Below are positions 31,125 to 41,637 of a stretch of DNA of 64,000 nt, piece after piece. The first letter of the stretch is position 1. Every line of letters begins with the position of its first letter. This DNA is from an uncultured delta proteobacterium (GTDB taxonomy: Bacteria; Myxococcota_A; Polyangia; Polyangiales; Polyangiaceae), in assembly GCA_963841435.1 (NCBI GenBank), contig CAWJCS010000006.1, positions 1,536,001 to 1,600,000 on the forward strand, written 5' to 3'. Below the pieces are notes generated by a model. The model worked only from the letters and a program-made list of their open reading frames with translations, was not told the origin of the DNA and did not search any database. Position numbers and translations under genes: made by a program.

Positions 31125-32168
31125 TCAGGCGCTCCGCGCTCGGTCGCCGGCGCGGCGGCGGCGCGCGGGGGCCACCTCGACGGTGTTCGTTTCGCTCGGG
31201 AGCTCGATGAGGCCGGAGCCCGTGCGCGCCTTGCGCGGCGCGCCAGCGTGCAGCGTTGCCCGGTCGAGAATCGCCTGGCACAGCGAATCGAAATCGAAGC
31301 CCGCGGCCGCCGCGATCTTCGGCAAGAGGCTCTGCTCGGTCAAGCCGGGCAACGTGTTGACCTCGAGCACGTATTCGTTCTGGCCTTCGGTGACGAGCAG
31401 GTCCACGCGGACCGCACCCCGCGTCTCGAGCGCCCCGGCGGCGCGCTCCGCGAGGTTGAGGACGCCGCGGTAGCGCGTCGGGGGCAGGCGCGCGGGCATG
31501 AAGTAGTCCGTCATGCCTGGCGTGTATTTCGCCTCGAAATCGTAGAGCCCGCTGTGCGGCGCCACCTCGATGGCGCCGAGCACGCGACCGTCGAGCAAGC
31601 CGACCGCGATCTCCTTGCCGGTTACGAAGCGCTCCACGAGGAGCGACGAGTCGAACGAAAGAGCCTCGAGAACGGCGGGGCGAAGCTCGCTCGGCCCACC
31701 GACGCGCGAAACGCCGAGGCTCGAGCCCTCACGCCGCGGCTTGACGACGCAGGGGTAACCGAACGAACCGTGGACCTCGTCGAGATCCTCGACCTGGGCG
31801 GCGTCGAGCACGTAGTACGGCGGCGTCGGCACGTTGTGGAGTCGGAACATCTCCTTGGCCTTCAGCTTGTCCATGGCAAGGGCGCTCGAAAGCACGCTCG
31901 AGCCGGTGTACGGGATGCCGAGCAGCTCGAGCAGCCCCTGCACGCAGCCGTCCTCGCCGAGCCTGCCGTGCAAGGCCAGGAAGGCGGCGTCGATGTCGGC
32001 CCCGGCGATCTGCCGGATGGAATCGGCCTCGTCTCCGAGCACGATGGGCACGACATCGTGGCCGAGCCGCTCGAGGCCCTGTGCCACGGACAGACCCGAG
32101 CGCATCGAAACCTCGCGCTCCGAGGAGGTCCCACCCATCACGACACCGACACGTATTTGGCTCGACAT
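31125..32168 (-). CDS. ddl: D-alanine--D-alanine ligase
   Basis: GGTSSEREVS, LHGRLGEDG, KPRREGSSLG, YDFEAKY, LEVNTLPG. Confidence 0.95.
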   Translation of the reverse strand: MSSQIRVGVVMGGTSSEREVSMRSGLSVAQGLERLGHDVVPIVLGDEADSIRQIAGADIDAAFLALHGRLGEDGCVQGLLELLGIPYTGSSVLSSALAMDKLKAKEMFRLHNVPTPPYYVLDAAQVEDLDEVHGSFGYPCVVKPRREGSSLGVSRVGGPSELRPAVLEALSFDSSLLVERFVTGKEIAVGLLDGRVLGAIEVAPHSGLYDFEAKYTPGMTDYFMPARLPPTRYRGVLNLAERAAGALETRGAVRVDLLVTEGQNEYVLEVNTLPGLTEQSLLPKIAAAAGFDFDSLCQAILDRATLHAGAPRKARTGSGLIELPSETNTVEVAPARRRRAGDRARSA

Positions 32169-32270
32169 TCGGCCTCCAGGCGAAGGGCACGCGCCCTGTT
32201 CTCACCCGTTACCGAGCGGCCGCCGTTCGGGCCAAGATTTCTCCATGATTTCGAGGGCTCGGCGGCCCGT

Positions 32271-33014
32271 TCAGCAGACCTCCACGACGAGCGCCGTGAT
32301 GTTGTCCTTGCCGCCTCGGGCGTTGGCGAGCTCGATGAGCTTGTCGACGGCAAAGGCGCCACCTTCCGCGAGGATGGAGGGGATTTCTTCGAGCTTCAGA
32401 TAGCCGTGCAGACCGTCGCTGCAGAGCAGGTATTGGTCCCCTACGACCGCTTCCCACACGCTCGTGTCGACCTGCACGTAGTCGCGGCTGCCGACCGCCC
32501 GCGTGATGACGTTGCGCTGCCGGCTCACGCGCGCCTGCTCGGGTGTGATGAGCCCCTGCTTGAGCTGCCACGCGATGAGCGTGTGGTCCTCGGTGAGCTG
32601 CTCGGCGTCGCGGCCGCGCACGCGGTAGATGCGGCTGTCGCCCACCTGACCGAGCACGAGGTGCTCGCCGAAGCGCATCATCGCGCTGATCGTCGTCCCC
32701 ATGCCGGCCATGCCGCGGTCGAGCTCGGCCATGGCGAAGAGCAGGTACGTCGCCGCCTGGACGCCCCCCTCGAGCATCCGCGACGCCGCCCGTGCCTTCT
32801 CGTCCGTGAACGGCAGCGGGTCGCCGAGCATGTGCTTGCCGCGCCGCACCATGCCGTGAATCGTGTCGATGGCCTCGCGGCTCGCGACCTCGCCGGCGGC
32901 GTGCCCGCCCATGCCGTCGGCCACGACCCACAGCCCGACGTCGTCGTCCCGTAGGAAGGCGTCCTCGTTGGCTTCGCGGCGCCGCCCCACGTCGGTGGCG
33001 CCGTACGAGCGCAT
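32271..33014 (-). CDS. PP2C-family Ser/Thr phosphatase
   Basis: TDVGRRREANED, VADGMGGH, MGTT, VGDSRIY, LCSDGL, GGKDNIT. Confidence 0.95.
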   Translation of the reverse strand: MRSYGATDVGRRREANEDAFLRDDDVGLWVVADGMGGHAAGEVASREAIDTIHGMVRRGKHMLGDPLPFTDEKARAASRMLEGGVQAATYLLFAMAELDRGMAGMGTTISAMMRFGEHLVLGQVGDSRIYRVRGRDAEQLTEDHTLIAWQLKQGLITPEQARVSRQRNVITRAVGSRDYVQVDTSVWEAVVGDQYLLCSDGLHGYLKLEEIPSILAEGGAFAVDKLIELANARGGKDNITALVVEVC

Positions 33015-33141
33015 AACCAGCGATCCCGGGGGGTCTGACACGGCCGGTCTTTCTAGAATACTCCTAGGCGTCCGCCCGATGCCATCGATACGAAACGGAA
33101 GCTGCTTGCAGGAGAGGACCCTGGGGAAATAGGCTCCCCGG

Positions 33142-34281
33142 GTGGCAGCGAGGGCGTTCACTTTCTCCATCCGCGGCGACGACCCCGCCCGCTTCGCCGC
33201 TGGTGCCCTCGAACACCTCCGATCCGCCTCCGGGCCGGGCGCGGGCATCGTGGCGCTCTCGGGGCCCCTCGCCGAGCGGATTGGCGACGTCGCGCGCGCT
33301 CTCGAGGCGGGTGCGCCGGGGTGCCCGCTGCTCATCGGGACCGGTGTGGGGGTGCTCACCGAGCGCGGTGAGATCGAGAAGGTGCCGGCCGGGGTGGGCC
33401 TCTGGTTCCCGGGAGGCCGACCGGAGACGCTCGTGACCGACGCCGCCAGCGCCGACGACGCCATCGACAGGCTCGCGACCCGCCTCGGCGAGCTCTCGCG
33501 CGGTCGAGCCGCTACGGCCATGGTGTTCGCCCAGGCGGAGGGCTTCGGCCTGGAGTCGGTCGAGCCGCTCGCCGCCGTGCCGAGCCTCACTGTGCTCGGC
33601 GCGGGCACGCCGGGCGACGAAGGCATCTTCGCGCTCGACCGTGAGGGGCGCCTCGCCGAAGGGCGGGTCGGCGCGCTGCTCGCGAGCGGCCTCACGCCGG
33701 CACGGGTGCGCGTCTCGCCGGCCTGTCGGCTGCTGATGCCGCTCTGCACGATCACCGAGGCGCGGGGGCCGCTCGTCATCGAGGTCGCCGGCGAGCGTGC
33801 GCTCGACGTGCTCGAGCGCGTGGGCTCCGAGCTCACGGGCCAGCCCCTCGTTCTCGCGGTGCTCGCGCCCCCCGTGGAGCCCGGCGTCGAGGGCCGCCCC
33901 GAGCTCTTGGTGCGCGGGATCCAGGGCGTGGACCCCGCGCGCCGCGCCATCGTGCTCTCGGGAGACATCGCCACCGGCACGCGCTTCGCCTTCGCCGTGA
34001 GGGACGCTCCGGCGGCACGCAGCGACCTCGAGCGCGTGACGCGCGAGCTCTCGCGCGAGCTCCAGGGCTCGGCGCCTTTGTTCGGCATCTATGCGAGCTG
34101 CGCGAGCCGTGGCACCGCTCTGTACGCGACACCCGACGTGGACGTGCGCGTCATCCGCACGAGCTTTCCCGACGTGCCCGTCGTCGGGCTCCACTCCGCC
34201 TTCGAGATCGCGCCGCACGACGGCGCGGCGACCGTGCACTACTACACGGGCGTCCTCGGGTTGTTCTCGACGCCGAGCTGA
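33142..34281 (+). CDS. FIST N/C-domain protein
   Basis: GVGVLTERGEIE, FAVRD, SCASRG...LY, GLHSAFEIAP, YTGVL. Confidence 0.85.
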   Translation: MAARAFTFSIRGDDPARFAAGALEHLRSASGPGAGIVALSGPLAERIGDVARALEAGAPGCPLLIGTGVGVLTERGEIEKVPAGVGLWFPGGRPETLVTDAASADDAIDRLATRLGELSRGRAATAMVFAQAEGFGLESVEPLAAVPSLTVLGAGTPGDEGIFALDREGRLAEGRVGALLASGLTPARVRVSPACRLLMPLCTITEARGPLVIEVAGERALDVLERVGSELTGQPLVLAVLAPPVEPGVEGRPELLVRGIQGVDPARRAIVLSGDIATGTRFAFAVRDAPAARSDLERVTRELSRELQGSAPLFGIYASCASRGTALYATPDVDVRVIRTSFPDVPVVGLHSAFEIAPHDGAATVHYYTGVLGLFSTPS

Positions 34282-34329
34282 CGAACACCGCCGTTTTCGC
34301 GCCGCCGGGCTGGGTGTAGGGTCCCGGCC

Positions 34330-36315
34330 ATGGCCACGGAAAAAGCGCCCACGACGGCGGCTTTGGCACTCGGGAGGCGGCGGCCGGGCGTGGGCCTCGC
34401 CGATGCCGCGCTCGCTGCGCTCGTCATCGCCGTCGTCGGGCTCATGGTGGTGCCCCTACCGACGCCTCTGCTCGACCTCTGCATCGCGTCGAATCTCGCG
34501 TTTTCCGTCGTGCTTCTGCTGGTGTCGCTCTACGCCAGCGACGCCCTCAAGATCGCGGCGTTCCCGAGCGTGCTGCTCATCACCACGCTCGTTCGCCTCG
34601 CTCTCAACGTTTCGGCGACGCGGCTCATCCTGCTGCAGGCGGATGCCGGCGAGGTGATCCGCGCGTTCGGCACGTTCGTCGTGCGCGGCAACTACGTCGT
34701 CGGCGGCGTGGTGTTCCTCATCCTGACGATCATCCAGTTCGTCGTGATCGCGAAGGGCGGCGAACGCGTCGCCGAGGTCGGCGCGAGGTTCACGCTCGAC
34801 GCCATGCCGGGCAAGCAAATGGCCATCGACGCCGAGCTTCGTTCCGGCGCGATCGACGGCAACGAGGCCCGGACCCGACGGCGCGCGCTCGCGCGAGAAA
34901 GCCAATTTTACGGCGCCATGGACGGCGCGATGAAGTTCGTCAAGGGCGACGTCATCGCCTCGATGCTGATCACGGTGATCAACATCGGCGGCGGGCTCGC
35001 CGTCGGCGTCCTGCAGCGCGACCTCGAGGTCGGCGTTGCGCTCAAGCGCTACGCGCTGCTCACCATCGGCGACGGGCTCGTGTCGCAGATCCCCTCGCTC
35101 GTCATCGCCACGGCCGCCGGCGTGCTCGTGACGCGTGTCGCGAGCGAGGACGGTGATACGTCGCTCGGCGCCGAGCTCGCCGCGCAGCTCTTCGGCCAGC
35201 CGCTTGCGCTGCGCGTGGGCGCGGCCTTCGTGCTCTTGCTCGCGGCGGTGCCGGGTCTGCCGGCCCTGCCGTTCGTCGTGATCGGGGGCCTTTTGCTGGC
35301 GGCATCGCGGGCACGCGCCAGAGCGGTGGCCCGCGCGGCGGAGGCGCCCGCCACCGAGCCCGTGGAGCGGCGGCGCGCCGACGGCAGCGCCACGCGCTTC
35401 GTCCCCGTCGTCGTCCCCTGGTCACTCGAAGTGAGCAGCGACCTCGCCGATTTTCTCGACGACGAAATCCGCGGCGGCGAGCTCAAGCGGGCCGGCCTGC
35501 GTTCGGCGGCGCTGGCGGTGCGGGAGCTCTTGTTCCGGGAGCTCGGCGTGCCGCTGCCGCAGGGTCGCGTCGCGATCTCGCGCGACCTTCCGCCGCGTCA
35601 CCTTTTGTTGTCGCTGCGCGAGCTGCCGGCCAAGGTGCTCGAGCTTCCCGAGGACGTGCCTCCCGACGGCGTGGCGGAGGCCGTGGTCGGCGGGGTGCTT
35701 CCCATCCTGCGCGAGCGTGCGGTGGACTACCTCGGAATCGCCGAGACGCAGGCGCTGCTCGATCAGCTCGAGCAGGTGGCGCCGGCGACGGTGCGGCAAG
35801 TCGTGCCAAAGCCCATCTCGGTCACCCAGCTTTCGGACGTGTTGCGCCGCCTCGTCGAGGAGCGGCTCAGCGTGCGCGATCTGAAGAGCATTCTCGAGGC
35901 GCTCGCGCTCGTGGGGCAGACCGAGCGTGACCCCTTGAATCTCGCGGAGTTCGTGCGTTCGCAGCAGCGGCGCGTCATCACGCATGCGCTGACGCGCGGC
36001 GGGCGTGAGCTCTCCGTGGTGCTGCTCGATCCGACCATGGAAGAGGCGATCCGCGGCGCGATCTCGCGCACCGCGGCGGGAAGCTTCCTGACGCTCGCGC
36101 CCGCGGCCGCACGCGAGCTCGTCTCCGCGCTGAAGCACACCCTGGCGCCGCTCGGCGAGCCGTGCCCTCCCTTGCTCACGCAGCCGGACATCCGGCGCTT
36201 CGTGAAGAAGCTCATCGAGATCGACCTTCCGAGCGTCGCGGTCGTTTCCTACGCGGAGCTCTTGCCCGAGGTCGCGATCAAGCCGCTCGCGAAGGCGACG
36301 CTCGTCGGGATCTAG
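34330..36315 (+). CDS. sctV: FHIPEP-family type III export gate protein (SctV/FlhA)
   Basis: FPSVLLITTL, KGGERVAEVGARFTLDAMPGKQMAIDAEL, FYGAMDGAMKFVKGD, TIGDGLVSQIP, LVEERLSVRDL, VVSYAEL. Confidence 0.92.
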   Translation: MATEKAPTTAALALGRRRPGVGLADAALAALVIAVVGLMVVPLPTPLLDLCIASNLAFSVVLLLVSLYASDALKIAAFPSVLLITTLVRLALNVSATRLILLQADAGEVIRAFGTFVVRGNYVVGGVVFLILTIIQFVVIAKGGERVAEVGARFTLDAMPGKQMAIDAELRSGAIDGNEARTRRRALARESQFYGAMDGAMKFVKGDVIASMLITVINIGGGLAVGVLQRDLEVGVALKRYALLTIGDGLVSQIPSLVIATAAGVLVTRVASEDGDTSLGAELAAQLFGQPLALRVGAAFVLLLAAVPGLPALPFVVIGGLLLAASRARARAVARAAEAPATEPVERRRADGSATRFVPVVVPWSLEVSSDLADFLDDEIRGGELKRAGLRSAALAVRELLFRELGVPLPQGRVAISRDLPPRHLLLSLRELPAKVLELPEDVPPDGVAEAVVGGVLPILRERAVDYLGIAETQALLDQLEQVAPATVRQVVPKPISVTQLSDVLRRLVEERLSVRDLKSILEALALVGQTERDPLNLAEFVRSQQRRVITHALTRGGRELSVVLLDPTMEEAIRGAISRTAAGSFLTLAPAAARELVSALKHTLAPLGEPCPPLLTQPDIRRFVKKLIEIDLPSVAVVSYAELLPEVAIKPLAKATLVGI

Positions 36316-36328
36316 CGCCCGTGCGGCG

Positions 36329-37255
36329 TCAGCGCCGCTGCACGACCATCTTGCGCGGGACCTGGCCGCTCTGCTCGAGGAGCTTCTTGGCTTCCTTCTG
36401 CAGCATGGGGTGCGTGCGCTTCATCATGAAGCCTCCGAGCAGGCGCGCGTCCTCGGCGAGGAGCTTCTTCAGCGCCCGGCGCATGCCGGTAATATCGTTG
36501 GTGTGCACGGCGGCGAAGGCGCGCGCGCGATAAAGCTGCGGCTTGAGCTCGGAGAACGCTGCATCTTCCGGATCGAACAGATCGAGCATCTCGACGGCCT
36601 TGGCACCGTCGCCGCCGCGCGCCCACGCCTCGGCCGAAACGGCGGCGAGCAGGGCGCGCGTGCGCGGCTCCTGGTGGCGCTTGATGTCGATGTTGCTGAC
36701 GAGCGTGCGCGCCTCGCTCACCTCGCCGAGCATCAGGTGGATCATGCCGCGCTGTCCGCGCGCCTCGTCCGCAATCGGCGCCATCACCTTGGAGAGGTTG
36801 ATGCGCTCGAGCGTGACGAGCGCCATTCTCGGGTCTTCCTGGAGCTCGAGCTGGGCCTTGGCGAAGATCGCCGCAGGGTCGTTCTTCTTGGATGCGGTTT
36901 CGAGCTCGGCGATGGCCGCCTTGCGGTCGGCGTCGGTCTCGACCTTGCGCAGGATGTTGGCGACGCCGCTCGCTCGCTTCGCCTGCCGCATGGCGAACAG
37001 CACGAGCCCCGCCGCGAGCAGCGTGATGACGGTCGGGATCGTCAGGAGCACGATCTTCCAGGTGGTCGAGTAGACGAGCGCCGCGACGAGGCCGCAGAGC
37101 ACCCAGCCCGCGACCACGGGGATCGCCAGACGGCCCATCAGGGAACGAAGCTGGCCGGCGGTGTCCGGCATCGCCATCTTGGGCCGCTCGCTCGCCCCGC
37201 CGTCATCGCCGCTGCGCGCCTGGGCGCGCTGAACCTTTCTGCCCTCTTTGGCCAT
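36329..37255 (-). CDS. hypothetical membrane protein with helical/TPR-like C-terminus
   Basis: ATG 37255 preceded by GAGGA; two TMs then a helical domain. Confidence 0.75.
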   Translation of the reverse strand: MAKEGRKVQRAQARSGDDGGASERPKMAMPDTAGQLRSLMGRLAIPVVAGWVLCGLVAALVYSTTWKIVLLTIPTVITLLAAGLVLFAMRQAKRASGVANILRKVETDADRKAAIAELETASKKNDPAAIFAKAQLELQEDPRMALVTLERINLSKVMAPIADEARGQRGMIHLMLGEVSEARTLVSNIDIKRHQEPRTRALLAAVSAEAWARGGDGAKAVEMLDLFDPEDAAFSELKPQLYRARAFAAVHTNDITGMRRALKKLLAEDARLLGGFMMKRTHPMLQKEAKKLLEQSGQVPRKMVVQRR

Positions 37256-37266
37256 GTGCGTCCTCT

Positions 37267-38571
37267 TCAGGCCCGTGGCTCGACGCGACCGACGGGAACC
37301 AGGCTGTCGGGCGGTAGATCGGGCATGGTCTCGAAACGGAAATGATTGAAGATGCTCTGCGTGATCGAGAGCGTCGGCACGGCGAACAGTGCGCCCCAGA
37401 GGCCGAAGAAGTGCTCTCCGATGACCAGTGAGAAGACCACGAGCACGGGGTGGATTTTGGCGGCCACGCCGATGATCTTCGGATTCAACAGATTCGCTTC
37501 GATCTGGTGGATGCCGATGATCCAGAGCAGCACCCAGAGCGCGATCCAGAAACCCTGCGTGAGACCGATCAGCACGACGGGCACGGAGCTCAGGATCGAG
37601 CCGAAGATGGGAATGATGCTCATGACACCGGAGACGATCGCGAGAATCGGCCAGTACTTGAGCCCGAAAAGCCAGAAGCCGATCGCGCTCACGACGCCGT
37701 TGACGACGCAAATCAAGAGTTGGCCACGCACGACGCCCGAGAGCCCGCGGTCGATGCGCTCGAGCAGATGATCGAATCCGAGTCGCGCGTTCGGCGGCAC
37801 TAGCGTACGGAAAAATTCGACGATCGTCTCGCGCGTGTGCATGACGTAGCCCGCGACCATGAGCGTCATGAACAGGAGGAAGATGCTGCGTGCCACCGTG
37901 CGCACGATGGCGTTGCCGATGGCGAGGATCTCGAGCGCATTCGCCTTCACATAGGAGAGAGACTCGGCGATCCCCTTGGTGGCAAGCTCGGCGATGTTCA
38001 CCTGCTCGGTGGCGCGCGCGCCGGCGGGACCGATGCGCCAGTGACCGGGCCCGTGCTGCACGACGTCCAGACCCGCGCCCACGTCGACGCGGAGCGAGCC
38101 GTCCGGCTGGTGCGCGATGGAGATCGCCGGAGCCGCCGACCCGGCGGGGGCCGCGCCCGAGGCGACATGAGCGCGGTCGAGCATGCGCTGCGCAAAGCTT
38201 TCCAGCTTCGGCGCCCACTCAGTGGAAAAGTCGCGCGCGAGCGCGGGTGCGTCCTCGACGACGCGCTGCACCTCCGTCTGGATGCGCGGGGCGATGAGCG
38301 CGATGACCGAGTAGAGGATGCTGAAGGTGAGCGCGTAGACGATCAGAATGGCCGCGGCGCGAGGCACCCTGGCGCGCTCTGCGAGCGCCACCGCGGGTGT
38401 CAGCACGTAGGCGATGATGAGCGCGGCCGCGAAGGGCAGCAGCACCTCGTGCACCCAGCCGATCAGGCCGACGATGAGGACCCCGCTCACCGCGAGGAAG
38501 ATGATGCGAGAGCGTGTCCATCCGCCGACGCGGAGGACCACTTCACGGGCGCTCACGGGCGTCGTCACCAA
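37267..38571 (-). CDS. AI-2E (PerM) family transporter
   Basis: LLPFAAALIIAYVLTP, VRGQL, IPIFG, QIEANLLNPKIIG...IHP, GALFAVP. Confidence 0.92.
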   Translation of the reverse strand: MVTTPVSAREVVLRVGGWTRSRIIFLAVSGVLIVGLIGWVHEVLLPFAAALIIAYVLTPAVALAERARVPRAAAILIVYALTFSILYSVIALIAPRIQTEVQRVVEDAPALARDFSTEWAPKLESFAQRMLDRAHVASGAAPAGSAAPAISIAHQPDGSLRVDVGAGLDVVQHGPGHWRIGPAGARATEQVNIAELATKGIAESLSYVKANALEILAIGNAIVRTVARSIFLLFMTLMVAGYVMHTRETIVEFFRTLVPPNARLGFDHLLERIDRGLSGVVRGQLLICVVNGVVSAIGFWLFGLKYWPILAIVSGVMSIIPIFGSILSSVPVVLIGLTQGFWIALWVLLWIIGIHQIEANLLNPKIIGVAAKIHPVLVVFSLVIGEHFFGLWGALFAVPTLSITQSIFNHFRFETMPDLPPDSLVPVGRVEPRA

Positions 38572-38602
38572 TGGACCTCGCCCCGCGTGGGGACCGGCGA
38601 AC

Positions 38603-40390
<1,788 letters not shown>

Positions 40391-40535
40391 GGATTGAACG
40401 GGTTGCTCCGGGGGTCAGGGCGTTTTCGCGCCGCACACGCGGGCGAGGACAACCGTCCTCTCCTCAGGGCGCGCGGGAGGCGTGAGGTAGCGCACGACCG
40501 GGGCCCCGTCAAACGCAAAGCACGGCCGCATAGGG

Positions 40536-41519
40536 CTATTTTCCGGCTGTAGGAGCCGCGATCTGGCGCGAGATCAGCAGTGCTGCCCGGTCCGCCACGG
40601 CCTCGAGGGCGCTGTCGGCCAGCCGAAACCGCGCTTTGAGCTCTTGGTTTTCACCAGGCTGGACTTCCAGTGCCAGGGTGCCCCGCTCGAGCTCGGCCAG
40701 GCGCGCGCCGACGAGCTCGGCGAGCACCCCGCGCAGCCGCTGCACCGCGTCGCCCGGGGGCGCCGAGGCGTAGCGGAGCCGTACCTCGACCGGCAGAGGG
40801 CTGCCCCAGTCGGCGGTCGCGGAGAGCTCGGTGACGTCGCCGAGGGGCGCGAGCACGGCGCGCACGGCGGGGGGAACGCCAGGCTGGTCGAGCCGGACCA
40901 CGAGCGAGCCGGCGCCCTCGCGCGGGACGAGCGGATCCTCGGGTGTCCTCTCGAGCACGGCACCGAGCGCCGCTCGGCTCGACGAAAGCGCGTAGGCGCC
41001 GTCGGCGGCGCGCCCGAAGGCGAGCCCGCTTCGCGAATCGAGCACGCCCGTCGGGGGACTCGCCGACCAGCCTTCCTGCCTGAGGGTGTCGGCAACGGCG
41101 CCGAGCAGGTTCTCGCCTCCGAAGGAGCCGCCCACCATCACGGCCCACGAGTCGCCGTCGCCGGGTGGAACGACGAGCAGGACCTCGCGCAGATCACGTC
41201 CAATGCGCACGCCCGTCGCGCGCCGGAGCCGTTCGCTACGGGGCTCTGCGGCAACGGGCCGTCCCGGGCGTCGCGCGTCGACGAGCGGCAGCAGATAGCG
41301 CCGCGTCGGCTCGAACAGGGTCACCTTTTCAACGTCCCACCGCAACACGAAGGGCGACCGGGCTGGCACGTGCTCGGCGACGACACGCTCGAACCCCACG
41401 TAGCGCCGGTGGATGACGAGGCCCGAGCCCACGCCAATTGCCAGGAGCAGCGCGAACACCGTGCCCACGAGGGCAAAGGAGAGCCCGCCACGGCGGTCAT
41501 TCGGCGCAGTCTCGGACAC
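40536..41519 (-). CDS. hypothetical membrane-anchored protein
   Basis: N-terminal TM; VP...VLRWD...RDL...GSF pattern shared with 43717-44656 and 46712-47695. Confidence 0.7.
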   Translation of the reverse strand: MSETAPNDRRGGLSFALVGTVFALLLAIGVGSGLVIHRRYVGFERVVAEHVPARSPFVLRWDVEKVTLFEPTRRYLLPLVDARRPGRPVAAEPRSERLRRATGVRIGRDLREVLLVVPPGDGDSWAVMVGGSFGGENLLGAVADTLRQEGWSASPPTGVLDSRSGLAFGRAADGAYALSSSRAALGAVLERTPEDPLVPREGAGSLVVRLDQPGVPPAVRAVLAPLGDVTELSATADWGSPLPVEVRLRYASAPPGDAVQRLRGVLAELVGARLAELERGTLALEVQPGENQELKARFRLADSALEAVADRAALLISRQIAAPTAGK

Positions 41520-41637
41520 GGCGGCGCTCTAGCACGGCCCGGATGCCGTCGAGGCCCGATTGCGCGCCACGAGAACAAGCACCATTGCGCGGCGCTCGCG
41601 TGGGGGCACAATGCCGTTCGGGCGGAAGGAGGCACAC

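Noticed and set aside
31125-32168. Possible D-Ala-D-Lac (Van-type) ligase because ddl lies outside a dcw cluster
   Set aside because: The omega-loop YDFEAKY is of the D-Ala-D-Ala type and no van genes are nearby
34330-36315. Flagellar gene cluster
   Set aside because: No other flagellar genes in the window, and the motifs are closer to SctV
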